Positions 1-7,805 of a stretch of DNA of 18,887 bases are shown here, one piece after another. Both the position numbers and the translations under genes were made by a program. The notes under the pieces were generated by a model. That model saw nothing but the letters and a program-made list of their open reading frames with translations. It was not told where the DNA came from and made no database searches. Within the stretch, counting starts at the first letter, position 1, and each line of letters opens with the position of its first letter. The DNA is from Candidatus Fervidifonticultor quintus (GTDB taxonomy: Bacteria; Sysuimicrobiota; Sysuimicrobiia; Sysuimicrobiales; Humicultoraceae): the NCBI GenBank assembly GCA_031459535.1, contig JAVKIJ010000063.1:1-18887 (forward strand). Direction: 5' to 3'.

Positions 1-239
1 CAGCTCTCGGCCAGAGACGGTGCGATCTTCCCGTCGTGGGTGCGCTTCACCAGTTGTTCATAGACGAAGCCGGCCACGAAGCTGGTCGGCGCTTCCTGGA
101 TGCGGATGGGATCGAGGACCGTGAGGTCGGCCTCATTGGCGATCACCAGTTCCTGGGCCGCCGGCGCAGACGAGACCGCACCGCCGCTCGCCAGCAGCGC
201 CGCCACCACCAGTACCACCACCAACCATGCCTGGGGCAT
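1..239 (-). CDS. ABC transporter substrate-binding protein, family 5 (OppA/DppA-like); N-terminal part, runs off the window
   Basis: Not in the ORF track. Manual translation: MPQAWLVVVLVVAALLASGGAVSSAPAAQELVIANEADLTVLDPIRIQEAPTSFVAGFVYEQLVKRTHDGKIAPSLAES. It has a signal peptide and LDP...VYEQLV...I-x-P-x-LAES, typical of SBP family 5. RBS GGAGGTGA lies upstream. Confidence 0.85.
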   Translation of the reverse strand, partial: MPQAWLVVVLVVAALLASGGAVSSAPAAQELVIANEADLTVLDPIRIQEAPTSFVAGFVYEQLVKRTHDGKIAPSLAES

Positions 240-312
240 GGCGCTCACCTCCAGAGACCCCCGTGGTCATTTCACGCTGAATACCACCGCGCGTCAAGCG
301 CTGTAGGGCTAC

Positions 313-341
313 TTGCACAGGTCAGGGTGAGGCGCTACTCT
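313..341 (+). promoter_or_regulatory. Putative sigma70-type promoter for the cupredoxin gene
   Basis: TTGCAC (313-318), 17-nt spacer, TACTCT (336-341) in the divergent intergenic region. Confidence 0.45.
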
Positions 342-398
342 TGCGGAGGTGGTTCGCCGCTTGCGCGGCACAATACTGTGGGAGGAGGCAGGAGTCGA

Positions 399-878
399 AT
401 GCGCAACGTATGGTTTGTCCTCGCCGTGCTGGTCGTCGCGGCCGTCGCGGCCGGGTGCGGTGGGAGAGGCGGCGAGCAGCCCGCCGCTCAACAGCCGACC
501 CCTGGGGCGTCACCGGCAACCGCCGCATCGCCCCAACCCGCGGCGTCACCGGCGGCAGCCGCGTCACCCGCTGCGCCGGGGCGCGGGGTCGAGGGTGGGG
601 AGGTCGTCATCGTGATGAAGGACAATCTCTACGAGCCGGCGACCGTCACGATCAAGGCGGGCCAGGAGTATGAGTTCGTCGCCAAGAACGAGGGGACCAC
701 GGTCCACAACCTGATCATCCAGGCGAAGGATCAGGTGGGCCAGGACTTCGCCTCCGACATCGCGGTGAACGCCGGGCAGGACAGCAAGTTCAAAGTCAAA
801 ATCGACAAAGAGGGCACCTACCCCATGGTGTGCACGTATCATCCCGAGATGAAAGGCGAGGTCAAGGTCGTCAGATAG
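399..878 (+). CDS. Cupredoxin (type 1 blue copper) lipoprotein with Pro/Ala-rich tether
   Basis: ATG at 399 after GGAGGAGG/GGAG. Signal peptide MRNVWFVLAVLVVAAVAAG-C ends in a lipobox. C-terminal cupredoxin domain has H (VHNL) and C-T-Y-H-P-E-M copper ligands. The ORF-track start at 36 is a shadow extension. Confidence 0.88.
   Translation: MRNVWFVLAVLVVAAVAAGCGGRGGEQPAAQQPTPGASPATAASPQPAASPAAAASPAAPGRGVEGGEVVIVMKDNLYEPATVTIKAGQEYEFVAKNEGTTVHNLIIQAKDQVGQDFASDIAVNAGQDSKFKVKIDKEGTYPMVCTYHPEMKGEVKVVR
507..578 (+). repeat. Four imperfect 18-nt tandem repeats encoding ASPATA/ASPQPA/ASPAAA/ASPAAP linker
   Basis: Units start at 507, 525, 543 and 561 (GCGTCACCG-like), in frame within the cupredoxin gene. 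Confidence 0.75.
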
Positions 879-905
879 GCTAGCCAGGCCGGACACTGGC
901 ATTCT

Positions 906-948
906 GCCGGCGAGGGGCGGGGGTAGTCCGCCCCTCGCCGGCTTTGCT
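906..948 (+). terminator. Intrinsic terminator after the cupredoxin gene
   Basis: Perfect 15-bp stem GCCGGCGAGGGGCGG (906-920) / CCGCCCCTCGCCGGC (928-942), 7-nt loop, then TTTGCT. Confidence 0.75.
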
Positions 949-1081
949 CCAGACCTTCGGACGTCGGGTGTTCCCCTGATGCCAAATCAGGTCCAGGCTG
1001 GATTGTGGGCGGCAACCCCGAGGGGTACCGTCGGAAACAAGAGTAAACGGGTAAGAATATCCGGATTCTTGAGGACGACCC

Positions 1082-1525
1082 ATGGAGTTGAGCCGAGCCG
1101 CCCAGTTCGCCATCCGCACCGTCGTGGACCTGGCGGCGGTAGGGCCCACCCGGACGGCCGACATCGCCGCTCGCCGTGGCATCCCGCCTGCGCAGGCCGG
1201 AAAGATTGTGCAGCAGCTCGTGCGTGGCAGCATTGTGCGCACCACCCGGGGGGCGGCCGGCGGCGTGCGCCTGGCACGGCCGGCCGAGCGGGTGACGCTG
1301 AAAGAGGTCATCAACGCCGTCGAAGGCCCCCTGGCCGTCTCCCGGTGTATTGTCTACGACGACTGTCCCTGTGTGCAGCCCTGCCCCGTTCGTACAGCCC
1401 TGAGCCGGATTCAGCACGAACTTGAGCGCCTGTTGGACGGCGTGACCGTCGCCGACCTGGCAAGAGACGACAGGCGTCCGCGACGATCGGCCGGTGCGCC
1501 TGACGGAAGCGACATCGACGCATGA
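1082..1525 (+). CDS. Rrf2-family (IscR/NsrR-like) transcriptional regulator, probably Fe-S binding
   Basis: wHTH with RGAAGGVRLARPAERVTLKEVINAVEG signature, Cys cluster C-x5-C-x-C-x3-C, RBS GAGGA. Confidence 0.92.
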   Translation: MELSRAAQFAIRTVVDLAAVGPTRTADIAARRGIPPAQAGKIVQQLVRGSIVRTTRGAAGGVRLARPAERVTLKEVINAVEGPLAVSRCIVYDDCPCVQPCPVRTALSRIQHELERLLDGVTVADLARDDRRPRRSAGAPDGSDIDA

Positions 1526-1538
1526 AGGGAGGACGGAC

Positions 1539-3521
1539 ATGACGCGATTGACGTTGACGCTGACCGCGGTGGTCGTGGCCGCGCTGCTGGTGACCGGCGC
1601 TTATCTGCTCGGGGCCCGCTCGGCCTCCGGGTTGGCGGGACTGGCCGAGGCTGCCCAGATTGCCCAGGCCCGTCAGCTCGGGCCCGACGCCGTGAGCGCA
1701 GCCGTGCGAAGCTTCGTCCCGCCGGGAAAGCAAGACGAGTACCTGATGTTCTCGTCCGGCGGCCACTCGGGCCAGATCCTGGTCATCGGCATCCCGTCCA
1801 TGCGGCTGCTCAAGGTGATCGGCACGTTCTCCACCGAACCGTGGCAGGGATTTGGCTATGGGGCTGACTGGTCTCAGAAGGTGCTGGAAGGCGGCTCCAA
1901 CGGTAGCGCGGCCCCGCTCACATGGGGGGACACCCACCACCCGGCGTTGTCTGAGACCAACGGCGACTATGACGGCCGGTGGGTCTACATCAACGATCGA
2001 GCCAATGGCCGGATCGCCATGGTCGACCTGCGCGACTTCCGCGTCAAGCAGATCGTGAAGATCCCCAACATGATGACCTCGCACGGCGGGGTGTTCGCCA
2101 CGCCCAACACCGATTACGTCCACGTGTCCAGCAAGATCCCCACTGTCTGGGGTGGCGGGTACGCGCCGTTGGAACAGTACAAGGACAGGTACCGAGGCGC
2201 CTCCGCGTGGCTGGCCGTGGACAAGGCGACCGGGCGGATCGACCTCGCCCGATCTTTCCAGATTGAACTGCCCCCGTACAACCAGGACCTGGCTGATGCG
2301 GGCAAGCTGGCCAGCGACGGATGGGGCTTCATCAACTCGTACAACACCGAGATGGCCACCGGCGGCAACATGGAGGGCAAGCCGGCCATCGAGGCCGGGG
2401 CCTCGGCCCGGGACTTCGACTTCCTGCACATCATCAACTGGAAGAAGGCCGAGCAGACACTCGCTGCGGGCAAGTTCGAGATGCGCAACGGGATCAAGGT
2501 CATCCCGCTACAGACGGCGGTGGCGGAGGGCCTGCTGTATTTTGCGCCCGAGCCGCGCAGCCCGCACGGCGTGGACGTGGCGCCCAACGGTCAGTACATC
2601 GTCGTCTCCGGCAAACTGGACCCGCACACCACGGTCTACAGTATCGACAAGATCAAGGCGGCCATCGAGAGGAAGGATTTCGAGGGCACCGATCCCTTCG
2701 GCGTGCCCATCCTCAGGTTCGACGCGGTGGTCGCTGCCCGGGTGGCGGTGGGCAACGGCCCTCTGCACACCCAGTTCGACGATAAGGGCTACGCGTACAC
2801 CAGCCTGTTCGTGGACAGCGCCGTCGCCAAGTGGTCGCTGGGCGAGCCCTACCACAAAGGCGACGCGGCCTGGAAGCTGGTGGACAAAGTCTCGGTGCAC
2901 TACAACATCGGGCACCTCTCGGTTGCCGAGGGCGACACCGTCAGCCCCGACGGCCGGTACCTCGTGGCGCTCAACAAGTGGTCGGTGGACCGCTATCCGG
3001 TCCTGGGCCCGCTGCACCCGCAGAACTTCCAGCTCATCGACCTGACCGGGCCCAAGATGAGGATCGTCTATGACATGCCCATTCCCATCGCCGAGCCGCA
3101 CTACACGCAGATCGTCAAGCTGGACAAGATCAAGGCCTGGCAGGTCTATCCTATGGGTACAGACATCCTGACCATGGAGCGCAGCCCTTATGCTACCGAG
3201 CGCGGCAAGGAGCGCATCGAGCGGAAGGGCAACACGATCGAGGTATGGATGACCGCGGCCCGCAGCAACTTCCGGCCGGACATCGTGCGGGTCAAGAAGG
3301 GCGATGTGGTCGTCCTGCACATCACCAATACCGAGAAGATCCGCGACGCGACCCACGGCTTCGCGATACCGGACTACAACATTCAGATGAGCGTTGATCC
3401 GGGCGAAACCGTCACGGTCAGGTTCGTGGCATCCAAGCCCGGGGCGTTCAGCTACTACTGCACCGAGTTCTGTTCGGCGCTGCACCTGGAGATGCAGGGC
3501 TGGCTGTTGGTGGAGCCCTAA
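1539..3521 (+). CDS. nosZ: Nitrous oxide reductase, clade II (Sec-type), no cytochrome c extension
   Basis: RBS AAGGGAGGA then ATG 1539. Hydrophobic N-terminus has no twin-Arg. Motifs: SGGHSGQ; CuZ His in DTHH, SHGG, SPHG, PLHT, NIGH, EPHY; CuA THGF and YCTEFCSALHLEM at the C-terminus. Confidence 0.98.
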   Translation: MTRLTLTLTAVVVAALLVTGAYLLGARSASGLAGLAEAAQIAQARQLGPDAVSAAVRSFVPPGKQDEYLMFSSGGHSGQILVIGIPSMRLLKVIGTFSTEPWQGFGYGADWSQKVLEGGSNGSAAPLTWGDTHHPALSETNGDYDGRWVYINDRANGRIAMVDLRDFRVKQIVKIPNMMTSHGGVFATPNTDYVHVSSKIPTVWGGGYAPLEQYKDRYRGASAWLAVDKATGRIDLARSFQIELPPYNQDLADAGKLASDGWGFINSYNTEMATGGNMEGKPAIEAGASARDFDFLHIINWKKAEQTLAAGKFEMRNGIKVIPLQTAVAEGLLYFAPEPRSPHGVDVAPNGQYIVVSGKLDPHTTVYSIDKIKAAIERKDFEGTDPFGVPILRFDAVVAARVAVGNGPLHTQFDDKGYAYTSLFVDSAVAKWSLGEPYHKGDAAWKLVDKVSVHYNIGHLSVAEGDTVSPDGRYLVALNKWSVDRYPVLGPLHPQNFQLIDLTGPKMRIVYDMPIPIAEPHYTQIVKLDKIKAWQVYPMGTDILTMERSPYATERGKERIERKGNTIEVWMTAARSNFRPDIVRVKKGDVVVLHITNTEKIRDATHGFAIPDYNIQMSVDPGETVTVRFVASKPGAFSYYCTEFCSALHLEMQGWLLVEP

Positions 3522-3539
3522 TTTAGCCTCCCGCGATGC

Positions 3540-3566
3540 GGGGGAGGGGCTGCTCGACCCTCCCCC
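3540..3566 (+). other. Intergenic stem-loop between nosZ and nosL
   Basis: GGGGGAGGG (3540-3548) pairs with CCCTCCCCC (3558-3566); no U-tract follows. Confidence 0.55.
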
Positions 3567-3579
3567 CGGGGGATGCGCG

Positions 3580-4059
3580 ATGGCAGTCACACGGAGACGG
3601 TTTCTCTACCTGGCGGCCGCCGCAGCCGCGGGGACCGCGGCCGCTCCCGCAGCCTGGGCGCTGCTTGGCCGCGCGCCCGTCGAGGTCGGCCCGCCGACCA
3701 TCCGCTACGGCCGCGACCGGTGCGACGCCTGCGGGATGATCATCAGCGACCCTCGCTACGCAGCTGCGGCGTGGAGCGGCGCGAGCGCTTCCCGCTACGA
3801 CGACATCGGATGCCTGATCGGCCGCATGGGGCAGGCCCTGGCAAGCGGCAAGGCTGCGGCGTACGTCCACGATGCCTCCAGCCAGGAATGGCTGGAAGCC
3901 GAGTCGGCCGTCTTCGTGCGTTCACCGGCGGTCCACACGCCGATGGCATCGGGCATTGCCGCGTACGCCACTGGCGAGGTCGCGGCCCGCGCGCACCCCG
4001 GCGCCGAGCTGCTGACCTTCCAGGCCCTGCTGGGCACGGGAGGCCGGGCGCCGTCATGA
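3580..4059 (+). CDS. nosL: NosL-family copper chaperone with twin-arginine-type leader
   Basis: Start MAVTRRRFL at 3580. Motifs CDACGMII, YDDIGC, W-x-x-A-x-x-A-x-F-V and TPM; lies directly after nosZ. Confidence 0.88.
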   Translation: MAVTRRRFLYLAAAAAAGTAAAPAAWALLGRAPVEVGPPTIRYGRDRCDACGMIISDPRYAAAAWSGASASRYDDIGCLIGRMGQALASGKAAAYVHDASSQEWLEAESAVFVRSPAVHTPMASGIAAYATGEVAARAHPGAELLTFQALLGTGGRAPS

Positions 4060-6026
4060 TGGCTGGCGCGCGCGAGCGGCGCGTCGTGGCCATGGCAGTG
4101 GGGCTGGCGTTCCTCCTGCTCGCGGCCGGCGCGCTGCTGCCGCTGTGGTCGATGACCCTTTACGCACCCCAGTACGTCAACGGCCTCCGGTTGACCATCG
4201 AGGGCCGCGGTGTGCGCGGCGACGTAGACGAGCTCAACGCCCTCAACCACTACATCGGGATGCCCCCCATCCGCCAGGAGGACATTCCCGAGGCGCGGCT
4301 CTTCTACCCGGCAGTGGCGGCGATCGCAGTCGGCCTGCTCCTCGTGCCGTTCATGCCGTGGCGGCCCTTCCGGTGGCTGGTGCTCTTCGGAGCGTGGGCG
4401 CTGCCGCTGGCCTTCCTGGCAGACCTGCAGTGGCGGCTCCACACCTTCGGTCACAGCCTGGACCCCAAGGCCGCCTTCCGGCTGCCGCTGTTCACGCCGA
4501 AGGTGCTCGGCCCCACGGTCGTGATGAACTTCAACGTGATGGCGATACCCGGCGCAGGCCTCCTCCTGCTGCTGCTGAGCGCGCTGGTGGCGACCTTTGG
4601 GCCGCGTCTGGCCAGCCGGGGACTGCACTGGCGCCGCGCCGGGGCGAGCATGGGGCTGGCAGCCACGGCGGCGCTGGTGCTGGCGCCGGCAGCGCCAGCG
4701 TCGACCTTGGCGCGGGTGCCGGTGGCTGGCTTCGACCTGCGGGCCGCCGTTGCGGCTGCCGCGCCGGGTGCGGTCCTCGATGTGCCCCCCGGCCTTTACG
4801 ATGGCCCCCTGGTTTTGACCAGGGCCATCACGCTGCGGGGAGGAGGCCAAGCGGTCATCGACGGCGGCGGCCGCGGCGACGTAGTGGTGATCGCCGGCGA
4901 CGATGTGCACCTGGAGGGCTTCGTCGTCCGCGGCAGCGCCCTGGTGTTCTCCAGGGAAGCGGCGGGCATCGTGGTGCGCGGCGCCCGGGCCGTGGTGCGC
5001 GACAACCGGATCGACGACGTGTTGTTCGGTATCTACCTGGCCGGCGCGCGCGACGCGGTGCTCGAGGGCAACGTTGTGCGCGCCGCCGACCTGCCGGTTG
5101 AACGGCGGGGCCATGCCATCTACCTGTGGCGCGCCCATCGCAACCACCTCCGGGCCAACCACGTGCTCCGCGGCAAGGACGGGATCTACATCTCGTTCTC
5201 GGATGACAATACCGTCGAGGACAACCGGATCAAGGGATGTCGCTACGGCATCCACTACATGTACGCGAACCGTAACACGTTCCGGCGGAATACGTTCGAG
5301 GACAATCTGGTTGGGGCCGCGGTCATGTACTCCACCGACGTGACCCTCGACGGCAACATCTTTGCCGGGAGCCGCTCCTCGGCCGCCGGCACCGGTCTGA
5401 TCTTCAAGGACGCCGACCGGCTGCTCGTACGGTCGAACCGCGTGGTCCGCAACCGCATCGGGATGGAGTTCGACAACACGCCGGCGACCATCGGGAGCTG
5501 GGCACGGGTCGAACGCAACCTGATCGCCTTCAACGAGATTGGCTTCAACCTGATGAGCACGGCGGCGATCACCGCCACGGAGAATGTCATTGTCGAGAAC
5601 CTGCAGGCGGTGCGCTGGCGCGGCGCCGCCACCTCGGGCGGCAACCGGTGGGCTGCAGGCGGCAGGGGCAACTACTGGGGCGACTACGCCGGCTTCGACG
5701 CCACGGGCGACGGGATCGGTGATGTCCCATATCGGAGGACGGACCTCCTGGAGGGTCTGGCCGGCCGGGCGCCTGCGCTGCAGGCGTTCCTGTTCACCCC
5801 CGCGCACCTAGCGCTGGAGGCCGGCGTGCGGCTGGTGCCGCTGGTCCGGGCGGAGCCGGTCGTCGAGGATCCGGCACCCCTGTTGCGTGCCCCTCATGTG
5901 CTGACCGGTAGCGGCCCGGAGAAGGCCGCCACCACGGGCGTCGACCTGTTCGTGACCGGGCTGGGGATGCTGGTGCCCGGGGTTGCGGGTCTGGTGGGGT
6001 TGCGGCTCTGGAGGCGCCGGCCGTGA
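4056..6026 (+). CDS. nosD: Fusion of NosB-like membrane protein (N-terminal) and NosD maturation protein (C-terminal, beta-helix)
   Basis: ATGA overlap with the nosL stop. N-terminal part has PLW..TLYAPQY..GL, ELNALNHYIGM and FGHSLDP plus 4 TM segments (clade II NosB-like). C-terminal part has GHAIYLW, DGIYISFS, RYGIHYMY and GNYWGDYAGFDATGDGIGDVPY (NosD), then a C-terminal TM segment. Confidence 0.9.
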   Translation: MMAGARERRVVAMAVGLAFLLLAAGALLPLWSMTLYAPQYVNGLRLTIEGRGVRGDVDELNALNHYIGMPPIRQEDIPEARLFYPAVAAIAVGLLLVPFMPWRPFRWLVLFGAWALPLAFLADLQWRLHTFGHSLDPKAAFRLPLFTPKVLGPTVVMNFNVMAIPGAGLLLLLLSALVATFGPRLASRGLHWRRAGASMGLAATAALVLAPAAPASTLARVPVAGFDLRAAVAAAAPGAVLDVPPGLYDGPLVLTRAITLRGGGQAVIDGGGRGDVVVIAGDDVHLEGFVVRGSALVFSREAAGIVVRGARAVVRDNRIDDVLFGIYLAGARDAVLEGNVVRAADLPVERRGHAIYLWRAHRNHLRANHVLRGKDGIYISFSDDNTVEDNRIKGCRYGIHYMYANRNTFRRNTFEDNLVGAAVMYSTDVTLDGNIFAGSRSSAAGTGLIFKDADRLLVRSNRVVRNRIGMEFDNTPATIGSWARVERNLIAFNEIGFNLMSTAAITATENVIVENLQAVRWRGAATSGGNRWAAGGRGNYWGDYAGFDATGDGIGDVPYRRTDLLEGLAGRAPALQAFLFTPAHLALEAGVRLVPLVRAEPVVEDPAPLLRAPHVLTGSGPEKAATTGVDLFVTGLGMLVPGVAGLVGLRLWRRRP

Positions 6027-6922
6027 TCGCCATCACCAACCTAGGAAAGCGGTTCGGCGCCTTCGTGGCGCTGGACGGCATCACCACCGCGATTGGCCGG
6101 GGCGCATTCACCCTGGTGCTCGGCGCCAACGGCGCGGGCAAGACCACCCTGTTGCGGTGCGTTCTGGGCTTGGCTGCCTTCGACGGTACCGTGACCGTGG
6201 GCGGCTACGACGTCTCCGCCGATGGCTCGGCCGCCCGGTCGCTGGTGGGCTATGTGCCCCAGCGTCCGGCGCTGCCGCCGGACCTGAGCTGCCTCGATGT
6301 CCTCGATCTGTTCGCCCGCCTGCGTGGGCGGCGCTCCGGTGACCCCGCGTGGCTGGAGAGGGTGGGGCTGGCCGCCGAAGCGTCCGCGCCCGTGCGCGCC
6401 CTGTCGGGCGGCATGCGCCAGCGCCTCGCACTGGCGGTGGCGTTGCAGGCGGATCCGCCGGTCCTCGTGTTCGATGAGCCCGCCGCGCACCTGGACGGCG
6501 CGTCGCGCCGGGCGCTCCATCGAGATCTCGCGGAACTGGCCCGTGGCGGCCGGACCGTGGTGCTGGCGACGCACCTGGCCGCGGAGCCGCTCCAGGTGGC
6601 CACGCAGGCGCTCGTCCTGCACCGCGGGCGCCTGATTTATGATGGTCCCGCAGACCGGCTGGGAGAAGCCGTCCAGCAACGGGTCGTGTTTGCGATGAAC
6701 GGCGTGGGTCGGGAACCCCTGCGGACGGCCCTGGCCAGCATGCCCGATGTACACGTGAGTGAAACGCCGGATGCGATTATCGCGACGACACCGGCTGGAG
6801 GAGCCTTTGCGCTCCTGGCGGCGGTCGCCGCCGCGGGCGTGCGGCCGTTCGAGGTCCACGTGGAGGAACCCATGGTGGATCCCGCGCGGCTCGTCCGGGC
6901 CAACGGGGAGACCAGGCGATGA
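6023..6922 (+). CDS. nosF: ABC ATPase NosF
   Basis: Walker A GANGAGKTT, signature LSGGMRQR, Walker B VLVFDEP, H-loop; GTGA overlap with nosD. Confidence 0.92.
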   Translation: MIAITNLGKRFGAFVALDGITTAIGRGAFTLVLGANGAGKTTLLRCVLGLAAFDGTVTVGGYDVSADGSAARSLVGYVPQRPALPPDLSCLDVLDLFARLRGRRSGDPAWLERVGLAAEASAPVRALSGGMRQRLALAVALQADPPVLVFDEPAAHLDGASRRALHRDLAELARGGRTVVLATHLAAEPLQVATQALVLHRGRLIYDGPADRLGEAVQQRVVFAMNGVGREPLRTALASMPDVHVSETPDAIIATTPAGGAFALLAAVAAAGVRPFEVHVEEPMVDPARLVRANGETRR

Positions 6923-7749
6923 GGACCTTGGGCGTCCTGGTCGGGCACGAACTCCGTGAAGCCGTCCGACACCGGTGGTTGGTGGGGTACGGTGTGCTGT
7001 TCGCCGCTCTGGCCCTGGGGCTCGCCCTGATCGGCCCGCGGATCTCTGGCGCCGTGGGGCTCGAAGGCTACGGTCGCACCACGGCCAGCCTTCTCAACCT
7101 CTGCCTGACCCTGGTGCCGCTGATTGCCCTGCTGTTGGGCAGTGTGGGACTCTCGGGCGACCGGGAAACCGGCGTGCTCGAGCTGTTCCTGGCGCAGCCG
7201 GCCAGCCGCGCGCAGTTGCTCATCGGGCGTTTCGCAGGCTCGCTGGCCGCCATCGGGCTCGCCACGCTGCTCGGGTTCGGGATTGCCGGCGCGCTGATCG
7301 GCCTGGCCACCGGGGCCGCCGGCGGCCTGCAGTACGCGGCGTTCTTGGGCATCGCGCTCGCCCTGGCCGCGGTCTTCCTCGCCATCGGGAGCGCCATCGC
7401 CGTCATGTCGCGCAACCGTGTGCAGGCCATCGCGCTCGCCCTCGCCGCCTGGTTTGCCGCGGTCGTCGTCTTCGATCTGGCGCTGATTGCTGCGGGAGCC
7501 CTGGTCGGCGCCGGGGTGGGGGCGCTCGCCGCCGCGGTGCTGCTGAATCCCGTCGAAGTCGCGCGGATCCTGGCGCTGCTGCTGCTCGATCCGGGCCTGG
7601 AGGTTCTCGGCCCGGTAGGTGGATTCCTGGTGGCGCGGTTGGGAACCGCCGGGACCGCCGCCCTGCTGATGACCGCCCTGGCCGCCTGGGTGACCGCACC
7701 GCTGCTCGCCGCGCTGGCGCTGTTTGAGACCCGCGATCCTCTGACCTAG
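6919..7749 (+). CDS. nosY: ABC permease NosY
   Basis: Multi-TM protein with RTTASLLNL..LVPLIALLLG, DRETGVLELFLAQP and LLNPVE motifs; ATGA overlap with nosF. Confidence 0.9.
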   Translation: MRTLGVLVGHELREAVRHRWLVGYGVLFAALALGLALIGPRISGAVGLEGYGRTTASLLNLCLTLVPLIALLLGSVGLSGDRETGVLELFLAQPASRAQLLIGRFAGSLAAIGLATLLGFGIAGALIGLATGAAGGLQYAAFLGIALALAAVFLAIGSAIAVMSRNRVQAIALALAAWFAAVVVFDLALIAAGALVGAGVGALAAAVLLNPVEVARILALLLLDPGLEVLGPVGGFLVARLGTAGTAALLMTALAAWVTAPLLAALALFETRDPLT

Positions 7750-7805
7750 CCCCGCGTCCGGCGGGTCGCGTCCGTTGCCACCCGGAGCACGCCGCAGACG
7801 GACCG

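Noticed and set aside
269-297. Possible - strand promoter TTGACG-N17-TGAAAT for the SBP gene
   Set aside because: Good -35, but the -10 lacks the conserved A; too weak to call.
36-398. N-terminal extension of ORF 36..878
   Set aside because: It overlaps the - strand SBP gene and promoter region; the RBS and signal peptide support a start at 399.
1548-1565. TTGACG-TTGACG-CTGACC direct repeat
   Set aside because: Simply encodes LTLTLT in the NosZ leader; no associated -10.
3573-4055. First 161 codons of the 817-aa ORF
   Set aside because: Arg-rich shadow frame over nosL; the real start is the coupled ATG at 4056.
4650-4652. Internal ATG as an independent nosD start
   Set aside because: No stop ends the NosB-like part, the SD is weak and the basic n-region lies upstream; not excluded but unsupported.
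1311-5807. Long antisense ORFs (1311..2429, 2508..3590, 3795..5807) and similar ones at 11854..13236 and 17171..18412
   Set aside because: Typical stop-poor shadows of high-GC coding strands, with no recognisable motifs.
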